In this document: positions 8,065-17,257 of the stretch, in pieces
How positions within the stretch are numbered: the stretch's first letter is position 1
How the letters are laid out: every line of letters starts with the position of its first letter
From: Terriglobia bacterium
Lineage (GTDB): Bacteria > Acidobacteriota > Terriglobia > Terriglobales > Acidobacteriaceae
Direction: 5' to 3'
Assembly: GCA_020073525.1 (NCBI GenBank)
Contig: JAIQFA010000030.1
Location: forward strand, 4,496-68,495
DNA length: 64,000 nucleotides
The notes under the pieces: model-generated
What the model was told of the DNA's origin: nothing
Seen by the model: only the letters and a program-made list of their open reading frames with translations
The model's database searches: none
Translations under genes and position numbers: made by a program

Positions 8065-9084
8065 CTACTTCTTCTTGGCGGGCAGATATTTCTTCTCGAT
8101 AGAGGCGACCACCACATAATTCGGGTCCACCATCTCGTTCAAGTGAACCCTCCCCACCTTCGATAGCAGTTCGTAGGCATCGAGTTCCGACATACCGTAA
8201 TCCTTGTGGATCCAATGCACGAGTTCCGTGAAAGCGATGCGCACCGCATCATCCAGAGGACGATAAGCGCCCACCGTCATGATGGCGTTGTCATTCTCGA
8301 ACTGGGGCCAGGCGATGGTGCGCCCTTTGATCACACTCAACTGCACGCGTGCCTTCAGCGGAACCTCGATGGCGGTGCCTGCGATTTCTCCATCGCCCAT
8401 GGCGGCGTGGCCGTCGCCGATGTAGAAGAGTCCTCCCCTGACGTTCACGGGAAAATACACGGTGTTGCCCACACTGGCCTCGGGCGAATCCAAATTGCCG
8501 CCGAATTCCGCGGGAACGATTGAACTGCGCGCCTCGCCGTTGACGGGCGCAACTCCGATGCAGCCGAAGAAAGGATGCATGGGAATCTTCACCGAAAAAT
8601 CGGAATCCAGTGCCTTGAAGATGGCCACGTTGGCGGCGCGATCGATAGGATAAAACCAAACCCGCTCGGGAAGCGGCGAATGCAGCATAGGCGTGTAATT
8701 CGTTGCGTTGATGGCCCCAAATCCGGGAGACAACGCGCCCACCCCAGTGTCGCCGTCGACTTGAAGATCAAGAATCTTGACGGCGAGCGTGTCCCCGGGC
8801 TCCGCACCCTCGACGAAAAACGGCCCAGCCAGCGGATTGTCGCCCTTGGACATGCCGGGTGTGTCTCCGGGCTTCTTGAGCGCGTTCCCGAAGCAATCGA
8901 GCGTGTTGGTGTCAAGGATGTCACCCGACTTCAAGCGTGCCACCGGTTCGACCGTGGCGAACAGGTACTTCACATTGTCGATGGTCGTGGTGTAGTGGAC
9001 GACATTGCCCGTCTGCCCGCGGACTACAGCTGGTCCCGCCAGCAACAGGCCCAGCAAGCCTAAGACGCTGTTTCTGAGTTTCAT
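8065..9084 (-). CDS. Acetamidase/formamidase family protein, secreted
   Basis: Internal start MKLRNSVLGLLGLLLAGPAVVRGQ (signal peptide; ATG 9084). FmdA/AmdA-like core GGNLDSPE...YIGDGHAAMGDGEIAGTAIE. Confidence 0.8.
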   Translation of the reverse strand: MKLRNSVLGLLGLLLAGPAVVRGQTGNVVHYTTTIDNVKYLFATVEPVARLKSGDILDTNTLDCFGNALKKPGDTPGMSKGDNPLAGPFFVEGAEPGDTLAVKILDLQVDGDTGVGALSPGFGAINATNYTPMLHSPLPERVWFYPIDRAANVAIFKALDSDFSVKIPMHPFFGCIGVAPVNGEARSSIVPAEFGGNLDSPEASVGNTVYFPVNVRGGLFYIGDGHAAMGDGEIAGTAIEVPLKARVQLSVIKGRTIAWPQFENDNAIMTVGAYRPLDDAVRIAFTELVHWIHKDYGMSELDAYELLSKVGRVHLNEMVDPNYVVVASIEKKYLPAKKK

Positions 9085-9178
9085 AACCTTTGCCTCGCTC
9101 CTGGTAGTTGCACCTTCGTCGCAAGGATCGCTCCCCTCGTTTCGTTCGAGACTAGCCCTTCCAGTCCTACCGGATTGC

Positions 9179-10648
9179 TCACCGCTTTCCCGGCCCGACC
9201 AGCGCCCGGCCCGGAAACACTTCGGGCACAATCTTGCCTTCATCGACTAATACCGTTCCTCCGACCACGAGATAGTGCACGCCTACACTCGGCTCCATCG
9301 GTTTTTGGAAAGTGGAGCGATCGCTGATGGTCGCTGCATCGAAGACCACGATATCGGCGTCGGCTCCCTCCTGCAGTCTGCCTTTTTGCCGGCCCGCGGG
9401 CGTGGAGCGCTCCAGCATCTGCGCCGGCATGAGAGTCATCTTGCGGATGGCATCCATAAGCGTGAGGGCCCCCTTTTCGCGGACGTATTGTGCCAGCACC
9501 CGCGAGTAGGTTCCGGCGTTGCGGGGATGCCCTTCGGCGCCGTCGCTGGCGATCATCACCAGCGGGTGGGTGATTACCTTGTCCACCATCTCTTGGGTAT
9601 TGGAGAAAACTAGCACCGAGTGCGTCGCACTGGAATTATGCAGCTCGTCGAAACGCTCCTTGGTGAGGTGCTCGCCCGTTTCCGGCAGCACCAGTTCGCC
9701 GTAGCTGATGCCAAATTTCTTCTGCCAGCCCGGGTTGAACAGCGCCGAGTTGATGGAGGTCATGCCCGCGATGTAGGGGTAAGCCTCGGTCGTGACATCG
9801 AGGCCGCGGGCCCGCGCCCCCTCGACCAGGGAGAGACACTCAAGTCCGTCGCTCGCGCAGGTGCTGTTGATATGCACGATGTGCAGCGACGCGCCCGTGA
9901 CCGCGGCCGCTCCGATCACTTCGCTGACGGACTCAATCGCGGAGCCGGGCTCGATGCGGCCCGAGCTGCGCATGTGGGTATAGACTGGCACCTTCCGCTC
10001 GGCAGCCAGGCGGAACATGTCAATCACTTCCAGCCGCGTTGCTCCAGGAGTGTACTGAATGCCCATTCCAATCGCCAAGGCCCCCGCGTCGAGTTCCGCG
10101 CGCAGCTGCTCCCGTATCACCTCGATTTGTTCGAGCGTGGCGGGTTGATCGGTCGCAGGGCCGCTCTTGGGCAGGATTTCAGGAATGCCGGGTTGGTTTT
10201 TGCTGGGCCCAGCCGGCAATGGCGTGCCAAATACCAAGGCCCGTGCCGCCACGTGGCTGGCCGATGTGCCATAGTGAATTAGCGAGTGGCCTTCCTTCTC
10301 TTTCAAAAACCGGCCGACGTCGGGAACACCGATTTCCAGTTCCAGCGCCGTGGTTGCACCGTCCAGGGCCTTCACACGCTGACTCTCAAGCTCCTGCCCG
10401 TGCTGGTGGAGATCAATGAAGCCGGGAGCGACCACCAGCCCGCGGGCAGAAATGACGCGCCGCCCGCTGAGCGCCTCGGACGAGATGCGGGCAATCTTGC
10501 CGTCACGGATGCCGACGTTGCGCACGGCATCGAGTCCGGTCTCGGGGTCCATGACGCGTCCGCCCTCGAGCACGAGATCGTACTGCTGCGCGGTCACGGT
10601 GGTGGCTGAGAACACAAAGAGACAGAAAGAGAGAATCAGCTTGCGCAT
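9179..10648 (-). CDS. D-aminoacylase-type amidohydrolase, secreted
   Basis: 489 aa. Signal peptide, YDLVLEGGRVMDP...GIRDGKIARI...APGFIDLHQHG metal-binding start. Layout matches N-acyl-D-amino-acid deacylases. Confidence 0.8.
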   Translation of the reverse strand: MRKLILSFCLFVFSATTVTAQQYDLVLEGGRVMDPETGLDAVRNVGIRDGKIARISSEALSGRRVISARGLVVAPGFIDLHQHGQELESQRVKALDGATTALELEIGVPDVGRFLKEKEGHSLIHYGTSASHVAARALVFGTPLPAGPSKNQPGIPEILPKSGPATDQPATLEQIEVIREQLRAELDAGALAIGMGIQYTPGATRLEVIDMFRLAAERKVPVYTHMRSSGRIEPGSAIESVSEVIGAAAVTGASLHIVHINSTCASDGLECLSLVEGARARGLDVTTEAYPYIAGMTSINSALFNPGWQKKFGISYGELVLPETGEHLTKERFDELHNSSATHSVLVFSNTQEMVDKVITHPLVMIASDGAEGHPRNAGTYSRVLAQYVREKGALTLMDAIRKMTLMPAQMLERSTPAGRQKGRLQEGADADIVVFDAATISDRSTFQKPMEPSVGVHYLVVGGTVLVDEGKIVPEVFPGRALVGPGKR

Positions 10649-10769
10649 AGCCGCTCCGTAAAACCAGCGATCATATCAGGCCTCGGCAACCAAGTTCTCG
10701 GCAGTTTCAAAGACTCCTGAAGCCGCCTCTTGAGTACCATGTAGACTCTGGAAAGAATTTCATAATCCT

Positions 10770-11402
10770 ATGTCCATCGGTCGGCTGGCAATTCTAATCG
10801 GTATTGCTTTGTGCGCTCGTGGCAGCGTCGCGGAGAGAAATCCTAATGCTATCGATGCCTATCTTCGGCCGTATGTTCGCAGCGAAAACTTTGCTGGAGT
10901 GGTCCTGGTTGAGAAGAGCGGGAAAGTTGTTTTCGAGAAGGCCTATGGCTTCGCAGACCGGGAGCATCGCGTTCGGAATACGCCTGCAACCCGGTTTCAC
11001 ATTGCTTCTATGTCGATGCAGTTCACGGCAGGCGCCATCTTGCGGCTTGTGGATGAGGGCTCGATCAAACTGGATGGGCACGTCGGCGAATTCGTTCCGG
11101 GAATTGAAGGAGCGGACAAAATAACCATTCGCGATCTTCTCACCGAGCGCTCTGGCTTGCCCGACATCAACTCTCTCCCCGACTATGCTGATGTTCTCCA
11201 GCACCATCAGACTCCTGCCAGTCTGGTCGCTAAGATTAAGGGACAGTCGATCGATCTTATTGGGAACAAATCAAGATCGAGCGTGATGCCTCCGGCCGCC
11301 CTGTCACCCTCGTCTACGGCCACTTTGAAGGAAGAGCTCCCAGCCCACGGTAGCCTTCCTGCCCGGTCAGTGCGAGCAGGACTGCCTTGGCAATTGCTAT
11401 AA
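10770..11402 (+). pseudogene. Degenerate/truncated serine beta-lactamase-family (PBP4*/EstB-like) gene
   Basis: The N-terminal ~150 aa align with class-C-like serine hydrolases, but S-x-x-K reads ASMSMQFTA (Lys replaced by Met). Homology is lost after ...LVAKIKGQ. A typical C-terminal strand (SYWEQIKIERDASGRPVTLVYGHFEGR) appears in a different frame at 11255-11353. Confidence 0.5.
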
Positions 11403-11413
11403 TCGATGTCTGC

Positions 11414-11490
11414 GGTGGGAGTAGCTCAATCGGTAGAGCATCGGACTGTGGCTCCGACGGTTGCGGGTTCAATTCCCGTCTCCCACCCCA
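11414..11490 (+). tRNA. tRNA-His (anticodon GTG)
   Basis: G(-1) + GTGGGAG acceptor, D-arm GCTC/GAGC, anticodon arm TCGGA-CTGTGGC-TCCGA, T-arm GCGGG-TTCAATT-CCCGT, 3' CTCCCAC-C-CCA encoded. The extra 5' G opposite C73 is the His identity element. Confidence 0.95.
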
Positions 11491-11547
11491 AAATCTTCTT
11501 AGTTTCTCGCTCAAACTCCTAACCAAAGGCTGTCTCCTGAATCGGTT

Positions 11548-11616
11548 TTGGGAAGGGCACGGCTTCAGCTGTGCCGTTAAGTGCCAGTTACGGCGCGGGC
11601 TTTAGCCCCTGAGGGA
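11548..11616 (-). repeat. Dual-hairpin ~70-nt element (subfamily with CTTCCCAA tail)
   Basis: Hairpins ggcacggc-ttca-gctgtgcc (11556-11575) and gggc-ttta-gccc (11597-11608). Same architecture and ~80% similar to 62383-62458. Confidence 0.75.
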
Positions 11617-11658
11617 GCCTGCGCTCAATCCCCACCATGTTTATGCCGCGCCTCCTAG

Positions 11659-12603
11659 CTATGTTCCTTGGTTTTTCGGGTTGTGCTGCCGGAGAAATTC
11701 CCGCATCCGGGCGTCGTCGCGGAACGCTTCCGTGCCTCCGCAGGCTGTCGTAGAGAGGGCGCCGCACAGGTTTCCATAAGCTAGGCAGCAGGTGAGATCC
11801 GCTCCCCGCAGAAATTGGTGGAGAAAGCCGGCATCGAAGCTGTCGCCGGCGCCAATCGGATCGACGACGGTCACCGGCGCGGCAGGTGCGGCGAACCGCT
11901 GCCCACCGCAGATGGCGACAGCGCCACTGGCGCCCATCTTCACTACGACAGTTTTCACTTTTTGTGCGAGCCGCGAGAGCGCCGTCTCCACGTCATCAGC
12001 CCGCGACATCTTCATCGCTTCGCGCTCGTTGGGCAGCAAAATGTCCACGTGCGGCAGGATTTCTTCGAGCAGAGTGCCGTCCCAGCGGTCGTCAGGATCG
12101 TCATTCGTGTCGAGCGAAGTCGTCAGGCCGGCAGATTTCATTCGCCGAAAAAGCTCAGGCACACGTGGCAACAGTTCACGCTGCAAGAATAGCGACGACA
12201 TGTGAAAGTGGCGGGCGGTCGCAAGGTAATCGAGGTCGAGATCCTCAAAGCGCAACTCGGAGATGGTGCCCGGATAGGTGAGAATGTGACGCTGTGCTCC
12301 GTGCGGCAGAATCAGCGTGACGCCGGATTTGACGCCGTGCGCAATGCGGGTAAGGTCCACGCCACGCTCGCGCAGTCGCTCCATGGCGAGGGTTCCGAAA
12401 GAATCGTTGCCCACCTTGGTGACAAAGCCCACGCACGTTCCAAGAGCGGCCAGATTATGTGCCAGGATCGCCGACGAACTGCCCAACGTGATCGCAAAGT
12501 CGCTGGCCAGCAGTTCGCGTTCCGTCGGCATTTGCTCGGGCAGGCCGTAGAGGATCAGGTCAAGATTGATCTCCCCGGCGATCGCGATATCGAGCTTGGA
12601 CAT
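11659..12603 (-). CDS. PfkB-family sugar/ketosamine kinase
   Basis: 314 aa. Ribokinase-like fold with C-terminal DPIGAGDSFDAGF motif. Downstream of a SIS-domain gene and a DeoR regulator. Confidence 0.85.
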   Translation of the reverse strand: MSKLDIAIAGEINLDLILYGLPEQMPTERELLASDFAITLGSSSAILAHNLAALGTCVGFVTKVGNDSFGTLAMERLRERGVDLTRIAHGVKSGVTLILPHGAQRHILTYPGTISELRFEDLDLDYLATARHFHMSSLFLQRELLPRVPELFRRMKSAGLTTSLDTNDDPDDRWDGTLLEEILPHVDILLPNEREAMKMSRADDVETALSRLAQKVKTVVVKMGASGAVAICGGQRFAAPAAPVTVVDPIGAGDSFDAGFLHQFLRGADLTCCLAYGNLCGALSTTACGGTEAFRDDARMREFLRQHNPKNQGT

Positions 12604-12628
12604 GGAGCAGGCCTTGAGGCGCTTTTGG

Positions 12629-13717
12629 CTAAATGCTAACGGCCGGTTTCAGTTCGACCACGCGCGTCAGGTTCTTCGGCGAGTCGGGATTGAGGCCCTT
12701 CTTGAGGCCGTAGTAGACGCCGTATAGTTGGCCCCAAATTGCAAACGCCGCGATACGTGCGTACTCGGGCGATTGGAGGCCAAGTTCGATGGCGAAATCG
12801 GAGGCACGCTGGGCGCGGCTGTCGACGCGATTCGCAATCACCATCGTGGCTGCGCCGAGAGCTTTCATCTCTTCCAGTAACTCCACCTCCGCGTCGTAGG
12901 AGGTTTCCGACATAAGAAACGCGATCAGTGTTTCCGGACCGGCGATAGATTTTGGACCGTGGCGGAACTCGAGCGAGTGAAATACCTGCGCGTAGGAGCA
13001 CGAGGATTCAGTCACCTTCAACATGCACTCTGAGGCGATGCCGAACAGAGGGCCCTGCGCCAGGAAGACAAAATCGGAGAAGCTGCGAGACTCGGCAAAC
13101 AACCGCAGACGCTGCGGAACGTCTTGCAGAAGCGGTTTGACCTGCTGCGGGAGTTCGATCAACGCACGGCGGAAGGCATCATTGCCGGAGACGGTGGCTG
13201 CGAGGTACTGCAGAGCGAGCAGCATCGACGTGAACGATCTCGTCATGACCGTGCTTTGTTCGTCGGCGTCGAGAAGCTTCAGCGTCACGCTGCATGCCGG
13301 CTCCAGCGGTTGGCCCTCGGCGCAGGTGATGGCGATCGTGCGAAGATTGTGATTCTTCTCCAACATCTGCGCAGCGCGGATTGCTTCCGAAGTGCGACCC
13401 GAGCGCGAAATTACTACTGGAACGTAATCTCGCCCGGCATGCAGAGTGAGCGCGGGATACATCAGCAAATCCGATGCAGGGACGGCCCGTGCCGGCAGCC
13501 CAAGATAGTTAAAGCTTGATGCCGCCGCTTGCGCTAGATAATAGCTCGTTCCACAGCCCACAAAGATCCACTCGGCTCCGGGTCGCGCGAGTTGAATGGC
13601 GGCGCGCAGTTCCGCGCCGGCCGCCAGTTGTGCGAGACACGCGCTCCAGCACTGGGGTTGGGAAAGAATCTCGCTCAACGTGTGCTGGCCTTGTTCCGTG
13701 ATTTCTGCCGATTTCAT
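12629..13717 (-). CDS. SIS-domain sugar-phosphate isomerase/deglycase (GlmS C-terminal / AgaS / FrlB-like)
   Basis: 362 aa with two SIS repeats (FVGCGTSYY..., VVISRSGRTSE...). Confidence 0.85.
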   Translation of the reverse strand: MKSAEITEQGQHTLSEILSQPQCWSACLAQLAAGAELRAAIQLARPGAEWIFVGCGTSYYLAQAAASSFNYLGLPARAVPASDLLMYPALTLHAGRDYVPVVISRSGRTSEAIRAAQMLEKNHNLRTIAITCAEGQPLEPACSVTLKLLDADEQSTVMTRSFTSMLLALQYLAATVSGNDAFRRALIELPQQVKPLLQDVPQRLRLFAESRSFSDFVFLAQGPLFGIASECMLKVTESSCSYAQVFHSLEFRHGPKSIAGPETLIAFLMSETSYDAEVELLEEMKALGAATMVIANRVDSRAQRASDFAIELGLQSPEYARIAAFAIWGQLYGVYYGLKKGLNPDSPKNLTRVVELKPAVSI

Positions 13718-13743
13718 TTCGTCTGATTCACTCCGTTGCCGCG

Positions 13744-13812
13744 CCGCCCCTCAAGGGGCATCGATTTCGAGAAGCTTACGGCATCGCTAAAGCGATGCCC
13801 TGATACGAACCC
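13744..13812 (+). repeat. Dual-hairpin ~70-nt element (canonical orientation)
   Basis: gcccc-tcaa-ggggc (13746-13759), 20-nt spacer, ggcatcgc-taaa-gcgatgcc (13780-13799), tail ctgatacgaaccc. Close paralogue at 31767-31835. Confidence 0.85.
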
Positions 13813-13823
13813 TACAGTTCCGC

Positions 13824-14600
13824 TCACACCAGCGTGACCTTTACTCCAGCCTCTTTCAATGCGTACAAATCCGACTTCGGAATCTGCTTGTCGGTAATCA
13901 CTTCATGGACCGCCGTAACCGGCATGATGTTGCACAGGCTGCGACGTCCGAATTTGCTCGAGTCGCAAACCGCCACTGTCCGGCGGGCGATTTCGACCAT
14001 TGCCCGGTTCACTTCGGACTCCAACAGATTCGGAGTGAAAAGGCCGGCCTTAGTGTCGAAGCCATCGACGCCGAGAAACAGGATGTCGGCACTGAGCTGG
14101 CGCAGGGTTCGCTCGGCCAGGGGACCGACCAGCGAAAACGAATTCTTGCGCAGCATGCCTCCGGTCAGGATCACTTCAATATGCGTGCCGGCGAGTTCAG
14201 CCGCGATGTTGATCGCGTTGGTGATTACCGTGAGCTGCGCCATGTCTTTCAGGGCGCGCGCAATCGCTGTCGTCGTCGTTCCGGAATCCAGCAACACGGA
14301 CTGTCCCTCTTCCACCAGGCGTACGGCGGCATGGGCAATTTGCGTCTTCTCTTTGCTGCGAAGCTTTTCTTTGTCACGCAGGGATGGATCAAGCAGGGCG
14401 CCGGCTTGCACCGGCAGCGCGCCACCGTGAGTGCGCTGGATGACTCCCTGGCCATCGAGAAACTCCAGATCTTTGCGGATCGTGATTTGCGAAATGCGGA
14501 AGTGCCGGGCCAGATCCTTGACGAGCACGCGACCGTCCCGGTGGAGCAGCCCCAGGATTTCCCGGCGGCGTTCTTCGTTGAGCATTCCGTTCGAAGGCAT
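13824..14600 (-). CDS. DeoR/GlpR-family transcriptional repressor
   Basis: 258 aa. N-terminal HTH (RRREILGLL...VKDLARHFRISQITIRKDL) and C-terminal DeoR sugar-binding domain. Confidence 0.9.
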   Translation of the reverse strand: MPSNGMLNEERRREILGLLHRDGRVLVKDLARHFRISQITIRKDLEFLDGQGVIQRTHGGALPVQAGALLDPSLRDKEKLRSKEKTQIAHAAVRLVEEGQSVLLDSGTTTTAIARALKDMAQLTVITNAINIAAELAGTHIEVILTGGMLRKNSFSLVGPLAERTLRQLSADILFLGVDGFDTKAGLFTPNLLESEVNRAMVEIARRTVAVCDSSKFGRRSLCNIMPVTAVHEVITDKQIPKSDLYALKEAGVKVTLV

Positions 14601-14603
14601 GGG

Positions 14604-14634
14604 GTTTCGATTTGTTTCGAATAGTAACTTTCGT
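14604..14634 (-). promoter_or_regulatory. Phased TCGAAAC repeats immediately upstream of the DeoR gene
   Basis: The plus strand reads gtttcga (14604-14610), gtttcga (14614-14620), ctttcgt (14628-14634). The first two are exactly 10 bp apart. They start 4 nt from the deoR-family ATG. Confidence 0.35.
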
Positions 14635-14671
14635 TGATGACTGCCGGAATTGTCAAGCGCTATTTGACGCT

Positions 14672-15820
14672 TTATTTCGCACCCTTGAATCTCGCGAACA
14701 GCGCCTCAGCATTGCGGTGGTACACCTTCTCCAACACGTCATCTGGCAGACCCAGGCCGTAAATCATCCAGCGCCCCTGCGCCGGATATTGTGCGTAGGG
14801 GAAGTATTCGTCTTCGGTTTCGAGCCAGCGGAAATAGTTCTGATACATCGTTTCCGCCGCCCCTTCATCGGTGCCGAACATGATGCGGTCGGAATATTTC
14901 AAGAAGATTTCACGGGTCCGTCGCGGCTGACGCCCTAGTTCTCCTTCGCGCGCCCCGGTTTCGATCATGACGTTGGGAAACTTCTGCAGCGTTTTCTCGA
15001 CGAAGTCCAGATTCTCCGGCCAGCTGCCAAAATGCAGGGCGACGAACGTCGTATGCGGATGCTTGGCGAACATGCGATCGCGCTGCGCCATCAACTCTTG
15101 CAGGGAAGGGAACTGCGATCCGTAGAAGCTCCAGTCGGGATGTTCGATGAGTTCTTCGTAGCGCTCGTTGTGGGCGTCGATGGGATGAAAAAAGGCTTCC
15201 GGGTCGGCCACGTGGATAAATACGGGGATGCCCAGTCGCCCGCATTCTTCCCATGTCGCGTCGAGGCGTGGGTCGTCGATCGCGATCAGTTTGCCGGTGG
15301 AATCGCGCACGCCGAGCCCGAGTTCCTTCAAGACCTTCAATCCACGTGCGCCGCGAGCAACGGAGTCGTCAATCTGGCGCACCATGAGCTGGCTGAAATT
15401 TGGGTCGTTGATCTTCGACCAGTCAAATTGGGTGAACACCATGAAGCGTCCGGGATAGGGCTTCACCATGGAGTCGATGAGTTTCTGCAGGTCATCGCCC
15501 CACCCGCCGGTAAGGATGACAACCATCTTGAGGTTGAGCCGATCCATGCGCGCGGCCATTTCTTTGGGGTCAACGCGATCGCCGATACCGCGGGCGTCAT
15601 TGGTGTGCGTGTGTACGTCGATCACGGGAAACTTCGCTCGCCGGATTTCGTGCGCCGCGGCATGTAGGGCGGGCTCCGGCTGATAGTCCTTGAGCAGGAT
15701 GGTCTTTTTGCTGTCGGCATCAGCTGCGGGCTTGTAGCCGATGCCCGCTTGTTGCGCGGAGCCAGTGGCGGCAGCTAGGAGAGTTAGGCAGAGAAGCGTG
15801 GTCTGGATATGCTCGTTCAT
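14672..15820 (-). CDS. Secreted amidohydrolase-2 family hydrolase
   Basis: 382 aa. Signal peptide, FPVIDVHTHT metal-binding start, later HVADP and FGTDEG motifs typical of PF04909-like TIM-barrel hydrolases. Confidence 0.75.
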   Translation of the reverse strand: MNEHIQTTLLCLTLLAAATGSAQQAGIGYKPAADADSKKTILLKDYQPEPALHAAAHEIRRAKFPVIDVHTHTNDARGIGDRVDPKEMAARMDRLNLKMVVILTGGWGDDLQKLIDSMVKPYPGRFMVFTQFDWSKINDPNFSQLMVRQIDDSVARGARGLKVLKELGLGVRDSTGKLIAIDDPRLDATWEECGRLGIPVFIHVADPEAFFHPIDAHNERYEELIEHPDWSFYGSQFPSLQELMAQRDRMFAKHPHTTFVALHFGSWPENLDFVEKTLQKFPNVMIETGAREGELGRQPRRTREIFLKYSDRIMFGTDEGAAETMYQNYFRWLETEDEYFPYAQYPAQGRWMIYGLGLPDDVLEKVYHRNAEALFARFKGAK

Positions 15821-15843
15821 CGATGCGAGCAGAATACTACATC

Positions 15844-15870
15844 TCGAAATAAAACGAAATAAGTCGAAAC
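15844..15870 (+). promoter_or_regulatory. Three (T/A)CGAAA(T/C) direct repeats with exact 10-bp phasing
   Basis: tcgaaat 15844-15850, acgaaat 15854-15860, tcgaaac 15864-15870, plus an inverted gtttcga at 15908-15914. Located in the 5' region of the amidohydrolase gene; same word as upstream of the DeoR gene. Confidence 0.35.
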
Positions 15871-15914
15871 ACTATCGCTGAATTCTACGGGAAGTACTTC
15901 AGGAGTGGTTTCGA

Positions 15915-17162
15915 TCAGCCGCGCGCGCCGACTTCTTCTTTCTCTCGCGCCGCGTAGTGCGACTCGACGTAGTCGTCGAGAATCTTGATGAACTCGGCGA
16001 CAATTTTGTCGCCTTTGAGTGTCGTGAACAGGCGGCCATCTACATAGACGGGGGCCTTGGGCTCTTCGAACGTTCCCGGTAGAGAAATTCCCAGGCTCGC
16101 GTGCTTGGATTCGCCGGGGCCGTTGACGACGCAGCCCATCACGGCGACTTTCATTTCTTCGACACCCGTGTACCGGCCCTTCCAGACCGGCATCTGTTCG
16201 CGCAGATAGGTTTGGATCTGCTCAGCCATCTCCTGGAAGAAGGTGCTGGTGGTGCGTCCGCAACCGGGGCAGGCGGTAACTTGCGGCGTGAAGCTGCGAA
16301 TGCCGAGCGACTGCAGAATCTGCTGCGCCACGCGAACTTCTTCGGTGCGATCGCCGCCGGGCGCGGGTGTGAGCGAAACGCGGATGGTATCGCCGATGCC
16401 TTCCTGAAGCAACACAGCCATGGCTGCGCTCGACGCCACGATGCCCTTGGCCCCCATACCGGCCTCAGTTAGCCCCAGGTGCAGCGGGTACTCGCAGCGC
16501 GAGGCCAGCATGCGATATACATCGATCAGATCCTGCACGCCGCTGACTTTCGCGCTGAGGATGATCTGGTCCGGACGCAATCCGTGCCGCTCTGCGAGCT
16601 TTGCCGAACTGAGCGCGCTTACCACGATCGCTTCCATCGTCACTTCGCGAGCGTCTTTCGGCTCTGGCAAAAGCGAGTTCTCGTCCATCATCTTGGTCAG
16701 TAGCGACTGGTCGAGCGATCCCCAGTTCACCCCGATCCGCACCGGCTTCTGGTGCTTCACTGCAACCTCAATCATGGTGCGGAAGTTGTCGTCGTTCTTG
16801 CGGCCGATACTGGCATTGCCGGGATTGATACGGTACTTGGCTAGGCCTTCGGCGCAGCCGGGGTACTTGGTCAGCAGTAGGTGGCCGTTGTAGTGGAAGT
16901 CGCCGATGATGGGCACACGCAAGCCCTGCTTCTCGAGCCCCTCGACGATATGGGGGATGGCTTTGGCGGCATCGTCATTGTTGACGGTGACGCGGACGAC
17001 TTCGCTGCCGGCGCGGGCTAGGGCGGCGACCTGCTTTACGGTGCCGGGGATGTCTGCGGTATCGGTATTGGTCATGGACTGCACCATAACCGGTGCATTG
17101 CTGCCCACGCGGACACCGTCGATGGTGGCGGTAAAGGTCTTTCTGCGCTGAATCTCTGCCAT
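15915..17162 (-). CDS. ispG: 4-hydroxy-3-methylbut-2-en-1-yl diphosphate synthase
   Basis: 415 aa. GcpE family with the [4Fe-4S] Cys motif ACPGCGRT and GCVVNGPGE. Confidence 0.95.
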   Translation of the reverse strand: MAEIQRRKTFTATIDGVRVGSNAPVMVQSMTNTDTADIPGTVKQVAALARAGSEVVRVTVNNDDAAKAIPHIVEGLEKQGLRVPIIGDFHYNGHLLLTKYPGCAEGLAKYRINPGNASIGRKNDDNFRTMIEVAVKHQKPVRIGVNWGSLDQSLLTKMMDENSLLPEPKDAREVTMEAIVVSALSSAKLAERHGLRPDQIILSAKVSGVQDLIDVYRMLASRCEYPLHLGLTEAGMGAKGIVASSAAMAVLLQEGIGDTIRVSLTPAPGGDRTEEVRVAQQILQSLGIRSFTPQVTACPGCGRTTSTFFQEMAEQIQTYLREQMPVWKGRYTGVEEMKVAVMGCVVNGPGESKHASLGISLPGTFEEPKAPVYVDGRLFTTLKGDKIVAEFIKILDDYVESHYAAREKEEVGARG

Positions 17163-17224
17163 AAGGGAACCTCTATTTTAGCAGGTTAGGGCAAGGAGAT
17201 CGCCCCTGGGCACGGCCGAAATGA

Positions 17225-17255
17225 CTGAAAGCTGATGGCTGATGGCTGAAAGCTG
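17225..17255. repeat. Heptad-word element CTGAAAG-CTGATGG-CTGATGG-CTGAAAG
   Basis: Strict 7-nt periodicity in the rseP-ispG intergenic spacer. Confidence 0.8.
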
Positions 17256-17257
17256 CC

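Noticed and set aside
7035-8117. 360-aa minus-strand ORF
   Set aside because: It is antisense to the UDP-sugar dehydrogenase gene. The product is Arg-rich with no recognisable domain.
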